Shown one piece after another: positions 1-13,754 of a stretch of DNA of 64,000 nt. A program made the translations under genes and the position numbers. The notes under the pieces are model-generated. The model saw only the letters and a list, made by a program, of their open reading frames with translations, did no database searches and was not told where the DNA came from. This DNA comes from Octopus vulgaris (taxonomy: Eukaryota), in assembly GCA_951406725.2 (NCBI GenBank), contig OX597824.1, positions 3,224,001 to 3,288,000 of the forward strand. Reading direction: 5' to 3'. Numbering within the stretch: the stretch's first letter is position 1; each line of letters begins with the position of its first letter.

Positions 1-1188
1 ACACTCTTCCAGGAATTATATTGACATGAAAGTGCAAATATTTAATACAAAACAGAACATCATTTGTTAACCTCATAGCCACTTCCCCATCACCACTACC
101 TCCATCGTCTCTTAAAACGCATCTGTGAAGGGTTTATGTCTATTGTTTCTCTTTTCATGTTAAGACTCTGTATTTCTTGCAGCGAAGATAAGCTACCGAT
201 TAACTTCCGCTTCACACACACAGAGTATCCTTAGGGGTGGGGGTTAGCATGTATTGGGGGTTGATTTAGTTTTAAACATTTGCATTTTTTTGTATTATTA
301 TAGTTCGATGTAGGGAGAGGATTTCCGCTTTCATGATGTGTTACCAGTGAGCAAACAAACACATGTCACGAAGGCTTGAGAGTGAATAAGTTACTAATAA
401 TAGTCGCAGTGGTGGTGGTGGTGGTGTTGGTGGTGCTGGTGCTGGTGGCGATGGTGGTGGTGGCGATGATGATAACAAGGACAATCATGACGATGATGGT
501 TTAAAACACTTTGATCTTAGCCAAAAGACTGAGACACGATGATTTCAAACAAAAACTCGGCACCTGTATTATATTTGCTTTTCATCGCTATATAGTTTTT
601 ATATTTTTTTTTTCCAAATTAAGATTTCCTCGCTACGGCTCCACGTTGTACCATAAAAAGTTTTCATAAACATCACAAACTCAATACTGAGCTCAAGACA
701 TAACATTATTATTCAAATCTTATAAAGGTTCCTTGCAGCATCGCCCTTACCATCATTTCGCTAATGACTTATTAACGTATTTGTATAAAGGCTTGGCCAT
801 TAATAGCTCTTGACTAATGATCTATCAAGGTCTTTGTACAAAATCGTTGCCCTTATTGTATATTAAGGTTTTGTCTACACTAACAGTTCAGAGATCACAC
901 TTTCAAGGAGATAATGATCATAAACTTCCCATTCGGTATAAATTTACGAGTCTGATCGATCAATTCAAATACTAAACGCTTGTTATTGCTGTCAGTTTTC
1001 TAATTCCAGTATCCCATTAATCAATCGGATCAATAATTAATATCATTAGTATATAGAAAATTCTAAATTACAGAAAGAAAAAAAGAAAAAATTTGAGAAA
1101 CTAATAAGGATTTACATTCATGATGTACATAATTAATAATAAATCAATATACACACTTATGAAAATTATGTTATATATGTAACATATA

Positions 1189-1246
<58 letters not shown>

Positions 1247-1399
1247 GTATAGAACGGCGCTGCCTGAAAAATTTTGTATCAGTGAAACTCGAAATGTTAA
1301 AAAACAGAGAGACAATTCAGAATATTGTTAGCGGATTGACGTACACCGTGTTTCAACCTCATATAGTCTCCTCGAGTTAAAATATGTAAGAAAAATTAA

Positions 1400-2830
1400 G
1401 CAAATGAACATGCGACCAAATTTTATCGACTGGTCAGTTAATCGAATTTTTGACTAGATTTATTTTATTAAGTTTCATCTAGTGGACACGTGATCGAATT
1501 TCATCCAAGTTGTCCGTTAGTTCAATTTCATCAGTAAGTCCATATCTAGAATTTGATTTAGTGGACAATTGATCAAATGTCATCGAATGGTTAATTGATC
1601 GAATTTGATCTAGTGGTCAGTCAATTGACTTCGAAACTACAGGTTAAAATCTATAGCCAGTATAATAGGCTGAGTATAGGTTAAATATATTAGCAAAACC
1701 TATGGAAAATTTATACGTGGCGTACAGGCTATAATATGTCGGCTAATTTAAGCAAATAAACATTTGACCGTATTTTATCAATCATTCCGTTGATCGAATT
1801 TAACTTAGTGGATTGTTGATGGACGGCCAGCTTAATTGAATTTGATCTTGTGAATTGAACGAATCTTCTATAGTTGACTGATGATCGAATTTGATACAAT
1901 GGCTATTTGATCGAATCTCATTAGTAGATTCATCTAGAAACTATAGTTTTAAATTCTGAAAGTTCGTTTAAAAGTTAATGTAATAGGGCATGCAATTGGA
2001 AGATCATAGGCTAAAATCTATAGCAAGAACAATAGGCGGAGTATAGGCTAAAATCCATGGGCAAGAATATATGTGCAAAATCCAGTAGAAATAGTCTGAA
2101 TGTCAAACGATTGTTCATTTCGTCGAATTTCATCAATTTGTCAGTTGACTGAACGAATTTGATGAAGTGAAATTCTAATAAACAGTTAATCGAATTTCAC
2201 CAAACGATCTTATATGTATAGGCTATAATATAGGTTTATTATATGTTGATATCTATAGAGCAAATGTATAGGCTCAACTAAGACTTAATTAATTGAGCCC
2301 AAATTAACAAGAGGTCGAATTTTATCCAAAGTTTAGTTGGCCGAAAATTATCAATTGATTGGCTGATCGAATTTTAGCATACATCATTTGATGGAAATTC
2401 ATTTGTTGATGCATATACTGAGTTTGATCCAGTGGACAGTTGAACGAACTTCGTCAAATGGCCAGTTGAATGGATTTCATCAAACAATCAATCGACTGAA
2501 TTTTATTTGATAATTATTTGCTCAAATGTTATCAATCAGTCAATTGATCAAATTTGCTTTAGTGTTCAGCTGATTGAATTTGTTCTAGTGGGAAGCTGAC
2601 CGTACTTCATTAAATGGCCAGTTGATCGAATTTTCTCCAGTGGCTATTCAATCATATTTGTACTTGTAAACAGTTTATCGAATTTCATCACACAGCGATT
2701 TGACCGTATTTCATCAAACGGTTACTTTATTGATCCTAAACTAAAGGTTAAAATATGTTGTCAAATGTGATGATTGAGTCTGACCTATTTGAATAAAGTC
2801 TATCATTGCAAAACTATAGGCCGGATCCAT
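1400..2830 (+). repeat. Degenerate composite minisatellite (26-bp units plus TATAGGCT-type blocks)
   Basis: GATCGAATTT-like cores at 26-nt spacing (1571/1597, 2598/2624), interrupted by tataggctaaaatctatag-like blocks. Confidence 0.8.
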
Positions 2831-2939
2831 CGATAAAAACTAGAGTCTAAGTATAGACTCGAATGTGCCGCCTAAAAGTATAGAAACAAAACTATTGAAT
2901 ATTTTGCTCACGAATTTCTATATCGGAAAGATTATTTTG

Positions 2940-3677
2940 CAGATTGACCTTGAACACTGCTGTGCATGCGCACTAAGTTTTAATGTTCTAACTCACTTCC
3001 GCTGTTTACTGCAGTTCTTGGAAGGAAGGTGTGTAGCGTGTGATTGTTGCATGACAGAGAAAGTTGTCATGGTGATACATGCTCAGAGGCCTATGCAAGG
3101 TCGCAGAAAGTGTTTGGAGAGGAGATTATGAGCCGCGCACAAGTCTATGAGACGTTTCCAAAATGGCCGAAAAGAATGTCGATATTGACGAACATTCTGG
3201 GAGACCCGCAACCAGCAGTCATCAGAAGATGTGCAGATTAGTTTCGGTTCAGTTCATTCCATTATCACTGAAGATTTGTGTGAGACGCCTGTCTGCCAAA
3301 TTTGTGCCGAAACTACTTTCAGCTGACCAAAAGGAAATTCGGGTTTCAATTGCACAAGATCTCCTGGGTTGTGTCGAGAGCGATAAAAACATTTTGGAAA
3401 CTTTGCGTAGCCCTCTGGGCAGGTATCGCCAAGATTTTGGCAAAATTTGATGCAAATTCTCTGCTCAACTTTATTTATTATGGTCACTGCGACGATCACA
3501 CGCTACACATCTTCTTTCCAAGCACTGCTATAAACAGCAGAAGTGCGCTAGAACGTTGAAACTTTGTGCACACGCACAAAAGAGTTTAAGGTCAATCTGT
3601 GACAAGCAGTTTTACTCTGCGTACTTTAGCTTTGTTGCTATGGAAACAGTCCGGGTACTTATAGATCAGACCACGTA
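2940..3677. mobile_element. Rearranged mariner relic (two 5' halves in inverted orientation)
   Basis: + strand transposase N-terminal fragments (AYARSQKVFGEEIMSRAQVYE, SGRP, SAKFVPKLLS..QK); - strand start VEQRICIKFC; 2940-3055 is the inverted copy of ~3484-3600; mariner-like TIR then TA at ~3650-3677. Confidence 0.85.
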
Positions 3678-3956
3678 TATATATATTTATATATAGACAT
3701 ATATATACACACATATATGTTTACATATATGCATATACACAAATATGATTATGTGTACATGAATATATGTATACATACACATGCATACGCACACACATAT
3801 ATACATATATTTTATATGTGTGTGTGTGTGTGAATGTGTGTGAGTGTATGTGTGTATTAATATTAAATTTCAATGCAAGATTTTATTAAATTCTTAAATT
3901 TATTTCTAAACAAAAAAACCTTCAATTTCTTTTATTTCTTTTTGATATTTTTCCAG

Positions 3957-4010
3957 GCTATAAATCCAAAGAAAAAAGCTAAGAAGAAAAACTATAAAAA
4001 CTCTGGTGAG
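3957..4010 (+). CDS. CPNE8: Copine (CPNE8/5-like), first exon in window; end of C2B (AINPKKKAKKKNYKNSGE)
   Basis: Polypyrimidine ttccag acceptor and GAG|gtaagt donor; 54 nt, phase 0-0; matches the copine INPKKK..KKKY.NSG motif. Paralogue assignment is approximate. Confidence 0.93.
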
Positions 4011-6244
4011 GTAAGTTGTTTTAATCTGGAATTCTTCCATGAAATAATGTTTGAAAAATAAATATCTTTTTCAATTTGAAATAATTAATCAATATTGGCA
4101 ACATTCCAAGACACAAGTGCTTGTCTTTGGCTTGCATTTGATGCAACAGTACATTTTAGTCAAAAGTGAGCCACCGGCATACATTACTACACTATATCAT
4201 TGTCCAAAATCTAATCTCAAAAACAGGACAACAGTACTTTTCAACTTCTTCGTCAGAGGTAGAGAGTTGGCCAAAGCGTTAATGTGTCGGACAGAATGCA
4301 TCATATTATTTGCTTTGACACTTTGTGCTGTGAGTTCAAATCTCTTCAAAGTCAACTTTACTTTCCATCCTTTCAGGGTGAATAAAAATGTATCAATGGA
4401 AGGCAATGGATTGCCGAATTGTAAGAACACTGGACCAATTGCCTTGCAATACTTGTTCCTCCTTTCTCCTTTCCGAGTTTAAATCCTGTTATGCTCTACT
4501 TGGGCGTAGACTTTACCAATTCCTAAGATTAACACCCACCACCTGGCATCTTGAATGGCTTTAAAAGAGTCCACTATTTTAGAAATGCATGGGCTAGGCT
4601 TCGATTTAAAGATAACTCCTTCCTTCCCAGCACTCGCGGAATCTTTGTAACAGAATTTGGTCACTGCCTTCCTTCCTAATTAAAAGATATTAAAAGAAGT
4701 CCTCTCCTCTCCTCTCCCCCGCATCGATCTCCATTTCATTTGACAATAAACCTTTGTGAGAGTTTGATGTTAGACATAAATACATTCAGAGGTTTTTCTT
4801 TTTTCTTTTAGTCGTGAGGGAAGGCAAAAGGTAGTGTCCATGATCTTTTACAAAGCCTCCAAGACTGATCAGAAGGAGAGAAGGAAATCCTTAATCAGGG
4901 GATCAAACTCAAATAGTTGAATTAGAGTGGATTCTCCAAACGTCAACCATTGTACCAGGCGGTATTAGACTGGGTGATAGATTAAGGCGACCATCAAAGA
5001 AGTCATGGTGAGATTTGAACCCAGCATGCAAAGAGTATGAACAAATACCACAAAGCATTCAGTTCGACATTCTTTCCTTTCGTCCAATGCACCGCCTTGA
5101 AATCGTACTTCTTTCTCAACCCTAGAAGGACGAAAGAAACAATTGAGCTCGATGGAATTTGAACTCAGAGCGTAGTGAATCAGAACATTTTGTTCGACGC
5201 TGTAAGAAATCTGTTAATTTGCTGTCTGAAATATATTTATACACAGTGGAGAGCACAGCGTGATGTTGCTTTTCGATGGAGGGATTGAGTTGCAACAAAT
5301 TTCTGGATTTTGGTCAAAGGTGATCCCCTACTGTAAAATGACCCTTCTGTTCTAGCCTTGCACTTATACTTTAACTCCCTTAACTCCTTATCAACTAGCA
5401 TAACACCAACTCCTTCTTTCCTGTAGCCTCCCTCAGTCACTTGGGTGTCATGTGAAACACCCACTACACTCTGTGAAGTGGTTCGCGTTATTCTTACGGC
5501 ATTCAGCCGTAGAAACTATTCCAAAGAAGACTCTGGTGCACAATGCAGTACTTACAGTCGTCAGTTCCTATCAAACTGTATTGCCATGGTTTCCAAGAAA
5601 GTGGACGTTAAATGGTGATTACTGATGATGATCTGGGGAAAGTGGTGAAAGCTAGAAAGTAATGCAAGATACAGGCAATAGAAGAAGGTTATAGAATGAT
5701 TAAGGGACAGACGTATTAGTATGGGTACGTTGGGTATGGGGACGAAATGATGATCAAGACGTATAAGCCAATATACGGCCGATGTTATACGTACATACAA
5801 ATACACATTGCTTCATACACACGTGCGCGCCCTGCACGCACATGCGTATGCAGACATTAGTTTCATGCATGCACATGTGCTTGCTCTTGCATCCACGCTC
5901 ACGCGAGGCCATTGTTGTGTCCTTTGACAACCATGCCTCAACCCAGCTCCTTACTCTTCCGCTCCTCTCAGAATGCGGTCAACGTTTAATTCAGACACTT
6001 TTTTTTGTTTCTATGCATCATTTTTCTCTTCTCATATATATCCGTTCAGTAGAAGAGTTACGAATCTTTAAAGTTGCGAAGCTTTAAAGACCTATTCCAA
6101 TTTTCTTGAACGTCGACCTAATACATACTGTTTGTTTTTCCCCTTGTCTTCATGATGTTTTTTGCACTATATATACATGCATATGCGTGTGTGCGTGCGT
6201 GTGTGTTGATAAGTTTGAAAATGGAGACTTTCAATGGGTATAAA

Positions 6245-6757
6245 TCTATATATATAAAACTGTAGTTGTGTGAGTGTCTGTCCCCTTCGATTTAGATTCC
6301 TAACTACTCCCACATTTTGCGGTGCAGTTTAACCAAATTCGGGTATCTTATGGTCGTGATTCATATCGAGCCCGTCTGAGTATTAGCGCGCGTCTACGAT
6401 GAGTCTACGATTTTTTAAATAATTTAACATCATTTTTTATTCCATTTTAATGCATAATTTTTCGTGTGTCGATGGCGGCGGAGTTGGCGTCCATGGTCAC
6501 ACCTGCACCTGTTTGCTTCTCCCCCTTCTTCCCTCCCTCGTGAAGCTGTGGGGAAGGGAGTGTAAGGAAATCAATGTCGTAAAGCGTTGTCAAGGAGACC
6601 AGCGTTCTTTTAGAACAACGACTTCATGGCTTGAAGACACCAAAACAGAAATGGCTAAGAAAGCCCGAATTGGCATCTATAAGGGAAGTAACTCTCTAAA
6701 AATGCTTATATAGTTATTTACCTTACAAACCCGAGCAACGCCGGGCGATACTGCTAG
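6245..6757 (+). mobile_element. Non-autonomous Helitron
   Basis: A|TC 5' end (TCTATATATATAAAA), subterminal hairpin CCCGAGCAACGCCGGG at 6730-6745, CTAG|T 3' end, no TSD. Confidence 0.88.
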
Positions 6758-6849
6758 TTAATTTATAAATTATTTAACATTATCTACAATTGTTTCACTT
6801 TGCACCCAATTTAAATTACAAGACATATATAATAATATAAGTTTGTATT

Positions 6850-7345
6850 TTGAGTACCCTGGGTGGAAGATCTTCAAGGTAAAATCGACATTATAGAGTT
6901 TACATTTTGATGGATTGTAATACTCCAACAGACTAAAGTCCATCCACAAGAAACATTCCGGAAGACTGGAACCAAGCGCGCATCACAAAGTACGAAACAC
7001 TACTAGAAACGCATTGCTTTTGTTCGGCAAACAAACCGTGAGACAGGAATTTAAACTCAAGTATCCACCTCATCATTTAGAAGCTCTGCCATTGGAAAAG
7101 TTACATTCCAAGAATTGTCCATCTTCTCAATGAACATGATCCGGATCGAAGAGACGGGTTTTTTGATTGATATTTGGTAAGATGTGCAGAAGATGCAGAT
7201 TTTATAATAAAGATTGCCTTTATTATAATGTCTCGATTGACAATCTCAATTGCACCTTATGGGCACCTGAGAATCCGCATATTACGAAGGAACGTCAGGG
7301 TAATTTACCAGGAGTTGCATTATGGAGCGGCTTATCTCTTGTCTC
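6850..7345 (+). mobile_element. Degraded Tc1/mariner-superfamily transposase (DUF4817/rosa-like)
   Basis: Frameshifted peptides YIPRIVHLLNEHDPDRR and NCTLWAPENPH..ERQ.NLPGVALWSGLS. Confidence 0.65.
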
Positions 7346-7545
7346 TACATTTGTCGCGCGTTTTTAAACTTCCGGTAGCACTTAAGTGTAAATTTCTTGG
7401 GCTCCTTCATTAGCCTGGTAGCCTGGTTCCTTTCATCATTTCTAATGAATTAAATCGAAAAAGAAATGAAAATTGAGTTATTATCTGCTTAAGTGCGCAA
7501 ACAATTTTTGAGGAAGCACCTTACAGACATACATACATAAATACA

Positions 7546-7582
<37 letters not shown>

Positions 7583-7872
7583 GCAGACGAACGCAGACGT
7601 ACATACAAAGACTAAGAATAAATGGATGATTGATGGTTAAGCAATGATGATACTAATGATGGTGATGATGATTATTATAGTCGTGGTAGTGATGCTTCTG
7701 CCGCCGATGATGATAATATTGGTGAAAGTGATGGATGGTAGTGTCCATTGCCGCGACATTGTGGGTGTGAGTGTGTGTGTGTGTGGTGGGACATGGCGGT
7801 AAAAAGCTCCATAGGTGATCTGACAACATAACCTCACATTTTTGTCATAATAAAAAACTCATATTATAAGTA

Positions 7873-7928
<56 letters not shown>

Positions 7929-7930
<2 letters not shown>

Positions 7931-8140
7931 AGTGATCTTGCTGAATCGTTGCCGTGCCGGACAAAATGCGTAGCGACATTTTTTCCGACTTTACGTTTTG
8001 AGTTCAGCTGCTGCGGAGGTCGATTTTATCTTTCATTATTTCGGAGTCCATAAAGTAAGCGTCAATTGACTACTGAGGACGATGGAATAGACTTATCCCC
8101 CACACACCCAAATTGCTGGCATTGTACCAAATTTTGAAAC
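7929..8140 (+). mobile_element. tRNA-derived SINE, family A (MetaSINE-like core), between (TAG)n and (TTA)n
   Basis: Similar to the copies at 23965 and 47908: gaatcgtt..ccggacaaaatgc.tagc, B-box-like gagttca, ctttcat.tttcggagtc core. Confidence 0.75.
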
Positions 8141-8141
8141 C

Positions 8142-8173
<32 letters not shown>

Positions 8174-8855
8174 CATTATTATTATTATTATTATTATTGT
8201 TGTTGTTATTATTATTATTGTTGTTGTTGTTGCTATTATCATTATTATTATTATTAAAATCCCATTCATTACAATACCAGATGGACACCGTTTTTGCTGC
8301 AGTTGTTGCTGTTCGTGATGTCTTTCCCTCTGTGACATTTTTTAAGTAAAATTAATAAAAACCAGACGACCACACTCCCCGCCGCTCCCTTTTCTCGTTT
8401 ATATAAAATACACATCACAGAGTGAAGAACGGGCTTAACCGATTTAACAATAATAGCCGTTTGTTTTTTAATTTTCTTCTTTACTTCTATTTATAAAATA
8501 TTTTTTATGCGTAAAACAGCATTTTGCATATTGAATTATATATGCTTGATTGGGTTTTTGTGTGTAACTGTATTTGTTTGTGTGCGTGTGTGCACTTGCA
8601 TGTATCTATTTTGATAATAAATCACATTTAAACATACTCACCAAATGGATTAAGAAGCTTATCTATATGTAGTGATTAAACATGCATCGGTCCATCCATC
8701 CTTCCGTTCATCCATCGCTCCATCCCTGCATACATCTGTAGAAACGTATACATAGATATTGATTGCCTGCATGCGTTGCAGATATGCACTCACTGATGCA
8801 AACACAGACACACACACCACCACATACATACTCACATGAACATGCATCCCAATAC

Positions 8856-8857
8856 TG

Positions 8858-8915
<58 letters not shown>

Positions 8916-8937
8916 GGACAGAGAGAAAGAGAGAGAC

Positions 8938-9023
<86 letters not shown>

Positions 9024-9044
9024 GGATGGATGGATGGATGGATG

Positions 9045-9096
<52 letters not shown>

Positions 9097-9126
9097 CATA
9101 CATACATACATACATACATACATAGG

Positions 9127-9216
<90 letters not shown>
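8856..9216. repeat. Compound microsatellite (TA/GA/GACA/GATA/GATG/CATA)
   Basis: Seen directly. Confidence 0.97.
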
Positions 9217-9677
9217 CGCATACACTCTCAGACATATAATAGTATGCATGTGGATAACATAGATGTATGTTTTAAATATTAATTTCATTATGTATCTCCC
9301 AAAGAATTATTTTCGTTTTATAATCCACAGTTAATACCACTCATAATAATCCACTCATTAATACCTACCTCTTCTTTTTATTAAACGCATTATTAAATAT
9401 AAATTCGCATCCATAACTCTGCACTTATATGCACGCATGGAAATACACATACAGCGTTACATAAGTAGACAAGTACTTTTATGCATATTGGCAAACCTAA
9501 CAGTTTACATATTGACGAGTTGTTCACTGTTAGTATATACACATGCATAAATATATAGAAAGTTATTTAGATTAATTAATATATGCATTACTATATATAT
9601 CTGCAAGCTTGCAACTACCCATTTGATAAAATTCGATCAACTTCCCGAAAGATGAAATTCATTTGACTGTTCGACTG

Positions 9678-9761
<84 letters not shown>

Positions 9762-9905
9762 GTATGTATATATATATGTATATATATATATACATATATA
9801 TACATATATATATATACATATATATATATATGTATTATGTATGTATGTATGTATATATATATGTATATATATATGTATATATATATATATATGTGTGTGT
9901 GTATA

Positions 9906-9945
<40 letters not shown>

Positions 9946-9970
9946 TCGAACAGTCAAATGAATTTCATCT

Positions 9971-10186
9971 ATTCAAAATGTGACCTCGTGTGTACCGTTG
10001 GCGATTTTTTTCCCTCTGTCTTCCCTTCTCGAGATCTTTCCTTCTCCTATGTTTCCGACGAAGAGCTCCGCCCGAAACGTTAAACCCTCCTTCTTCCCTT
10101 CTTTCCTGAGCGTCCAATAATACTATATTTGTTCCACGTCCTCGCGTTGTTGTGTTTTTTTTTGTGTTTTCTTGTTTGGATTAACT
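9971..10186 (+). mobile_element. Penelope-like pLTR fragment with a degenerate minimal hammerhead (10051-10085)
   Basis: GTTT-CCGACGA-AGAGCtccGCCC-GAAA-CG-TT-AAAC; lies between TA tracts; shares ttcctgagcgt..aatac with the 11899 element. Confidence 0.65.
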
Positions 10187-10219
10187 ATATATATATATAC
10201 ATACATAAGTACATCCTAT

Positions 10220-10472
10220 GATGTGTTGTTTACAATGCCGTAGACTGCGGTGGACGTCCTTAAAATTCATTTCATGTCGACGACAAATGCAAAAAATTAT
10301 CGAGATTCCATCCGTTGACTAAACTTCGTCAGCATCGGCAGGTGGCACTACTGTATTACATGGAACATCACCAGTAGAAATCCAACCACCGAATGTCTGA
10401 CTGAAACTTAGTCCCCACGAAATGATTTTTCGGGACGTTCACCGTAGTCTACGGCGTTATAAACAATACATC
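10220..10472. mobile_element. Palindromic foldback/MITE-like element
   Basis: gatgtgttgtttacaatgccgtagactgcggtggacgtcc pairs with gggacgttcaccgtagtctacggcgttataaacaatacatc; inner arms also pair. Confidence 0.8.
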
Positions 10473-11342
10473 CAAGTTATAGAAACTAGAGGGAACGATA
10501 GCCTCGCCAGCAATAAGGTAGTACTTACATACATCTCATTATATTGGAGTAACGTAACATTATGTGCCTTGCTCCAGAATACAACGACCAACATGTTCCA
10601 GGAATGAACCCCACGATTTAATGATCGGAAGCCTAACATCTTAACCACAAAGCAACATGCCTTTACATTGCACGCATATATACATACATGTATAATACTT
10701 TTATTCCTCGTTTCTTAAGCTCATCTATACATATATATACATTTATACACACGTGCATACATATATACGTGTACACACACACACATACAAATATAACCAC
10801 ATATTACAATAGGTATGTGGTGCACCTATATAAATACATACATAAAACGTCTATACGTACTTGCAAGCAGTCATACACATTTACATATGTTCATATATGC
10901 ATAAATACACACAGACCTACATACATGGACATATGCAATGGTTATACACGTACCTATGTACACATCTATACATGCACTTATATGCATGTAGCCATGCAAG
11001 AAGAACAGTGGTTAGTATAAATAAATGAATAACAATACACTACATGATACTTCAAATCAATTTATTTACTGCGGAACTATTTTGCACGAAATCCATTTTG
11101 CTTTAAGGAATTCTTCAGTTCTTCCTTTTTCCATTAGGTTTTATTTTATTTTCTGCTTTCTTCCCAGAAAGATAAAGAAAACCATTTTCATCTACTTTAC
11201 ATGTAGATAGATATAATCTTGAATAATATTTTACAAACATTAAATCCGAGAAAGGAAAGGGGAAAAAAACTCATATATTGATCTTGAAGTATTTTTATCT
11301 TCAATTTTTTTGTTCATATTTTCAGTTAATTTTCGTATTTTA

Positions 11343-11401
<59 letters not shown>

Positions 11402-11898
11402 GTTGTTGTCTCTTATTGTTTATATAATATATTTTGTTGTTTTATCGTTGTGTTGTTAGTGCTGTATGATATCGTGAAGAAACACCAAATAGATATGTTA
11501 TGCTGACGTTTATTAAATGAGATTTAGAATGGGACGTGGTGAGGAGCGAAGACATGAAATATGGCTAAACAAACAGATTGATTGTTTCGAGTGTAATTCA
11601 GAGACTGAAAGTAGACAAAAGACACATGTTTGGAGTTAAGGGGTTCAGCGAAGGGCAGCAAGGGTCAGGTTTTTCTTTTCTTTTTTTAATTATGTCCTTT
11701 ACTTTCAGCAAAGGCTTCTTCAGTTCAGTGTTGAAGAATGTATTACATTCATATGTGTACGTACTCACATATACGCAAACAAATCCATTCTCTCTCACAC
11801 ACACACACGCACGCACATATATACATTAATACACAGATTTGTAGATTGACACACGTTTGTACATATGTATACATATACATACATTTATATATATATAT

Positions 11899-12088
11899 AG
11901 GGAGAGTTTACGAAAAAAAACAAAAGACGAAGACATGTGGTGTACAAAACAAACAGATGTATTAGTATAACGCTCAGGAATAGAAAAGGTATTTTACGTT
12001 TCGAGCCTACGCTCTTCTACAGAAAGGGACAGAGGAAAAACAAGGAGAGAAGAAAATGTATGTAGTGGCTAACGATCTATCATGCCGA
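11899..12088 (-). mobile_element. Penelope-like pLTR fragment with a hammerhead-like motif (11992-12025)
   Basis: Reverse complement TTT-CTGTAGA-A-GAGCgtagGCTC-GAAA-CG-TA-AAA; abuts a TA tract. Confidence 0.65.
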
Positions 12089-13009
12089 TTGTACGTATAT
12101 ATACACGTACATATATATATATATATGTGTACGTATATATATATATATATATATACATATACGTACATATATACTTACATGCATGTATACATGCATACAA
12201 ATATGCATACATGCACGCTTACACAATGTAGATATAAATACGTGAATGTTCATGCAGAAACACATGCAAAACACACATACAAACACACAAACAAAATGCT
12301 TTCTCTTTCATGCAAACATACGCACATTCACATGGATACTTGTACATGTACCAGAAAACCACACATGTACAATGATGCAGGCAAGCACCTACACTCACGT
12401 ATGCTCACATATACATGCATGCTCCCAAATGCGACGTGCATACTTAACCCCAAAACATACATGCATACATATACATATATATATATATAGATAGATAGAT
12501 ACTCACAAATATATTCTCATGCATGCACATGTACAGTCGGATAGAGGCACAAACCTATCACAAATGCACACACACACGCAAACAAACATACAAATATATA
12601 CACAGGTGCTCGCATGACACCGACGGGCATTCTGACACACGCCACCATACCCCAGTTCGCACATATGGACTTCCCACACACACACACAGACGCGGACACA
12701 CGCATCAACGAACATGGAAAATGCCTTGAAGATTCACTCACACACACATATACCCAGACACACATACATATAGACGCACTCACAAACTCTCATACTCCCG
12801 CACTCACACATATACACAAACCTACACAAATCCAAGAGAGATAGAAAGATGGAGATGGAGATAACGCTAGCGCCAATTACTGCTCAACCCTTCTAATTTT
12901 ATTTTAAACGTCCTCCACAGCAGTTTTCTTCGTTGTCTTCTCGACAGTTTACTGAGTAACAGGGTTCTATCATGTGTGTCTGTGTGTTTGTATGTATTAT
13001 GTATGTATT

Positions 13010-13520
13010 GTGTGGGTGCATGGCTGGGTCGTTAGGTTGTTGCACTCACGGTGGCGATATCGTGGGTTCGATTCCCTAACCGGGCAGTGCGCTGTATCCT
13101 TGAAGAAAACATTTCATATCATGTTTCTCTGAGATCACACTCGACATGTGACGCGTGGCACTCCGTGGCACCTATACAGGTAAAATGTCGATTTGACGGG
13201 GCGAGTGAGCTTATGTGCGAACATTTGATCACTAGAAACAAATCATCTGCTCATACATTTATTAGCATTCTTTCTAGAATGAAGGAACCGTTTTCTGAAT
13301 ACAAGGTAGATAGAAATGTGTGTACATATGTACATATATTCACATATACACACAAGAGCTGGCCTTGTCGCAGTCTGTGTGACGCTGAACCTCTCTGAGA
13401 TCTACGTTAAGGGTACGCTTGTCTGTGGAGTACTCAGTCACTTGCACGTGAACTTCATGAACTGGTCGTTCCGTTGATCGGATCAACTGCAACCCTCGTT
13501 GTCATAACCGACGGACTGTG
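13010..13520 (+). mobile_element. tRNA-derived SINE with a Deu/Nin-like body
   Basis: A/B boxes (tggctgggtcgttagg, gggttcgattcc); body gtgacgctgaa..tacgttaagggtac..tgtggagt.ctcag. Domain name is from recall. Confidence 0.6.
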
Positions 13521-13692
13521 TCAGTGATGAAGTGACTGTGTTATTGACGTGGTCTCTATATAAGCCGATACTCCTTACATTCTTACAGTTTAATGACTTT
13601 TTATTTTCTTTTATAATTCCTAATTTTCTTCATTTATATTATACTTTTCGTTGATTCATAAATATCTTCTATTATCTTTTATTGTCTTCTAG

Positions 13693-13754
13693 GTGCGACT
13701 CATGTTCTGCAAAGTCGAGACGATTTACTCATTTCTTGATTACATCAAATCCGG
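13693..13754 (+). CDS. CPNE8: Copine exon (VRLMFCKVETIYSFLDYIKSG)
   Basis: cttctag acceptor, GG|gtgggt donor; 62 nt, phase 0-2; conserved SFLDYI.G linker. Confidence 0.92.

Noticed and set aside
1400-2830. CRISPR-like array
   Set aside because: Degenerate contiguous units with no unique spacers, no cas genes, eukaryotic context.
1-3950. Upstream copine exons (DWD/HDFIG motifs)
   Set aside because: No exon with these motifs was found; the acceptor-like site near 886 gives a non-copine peptide.
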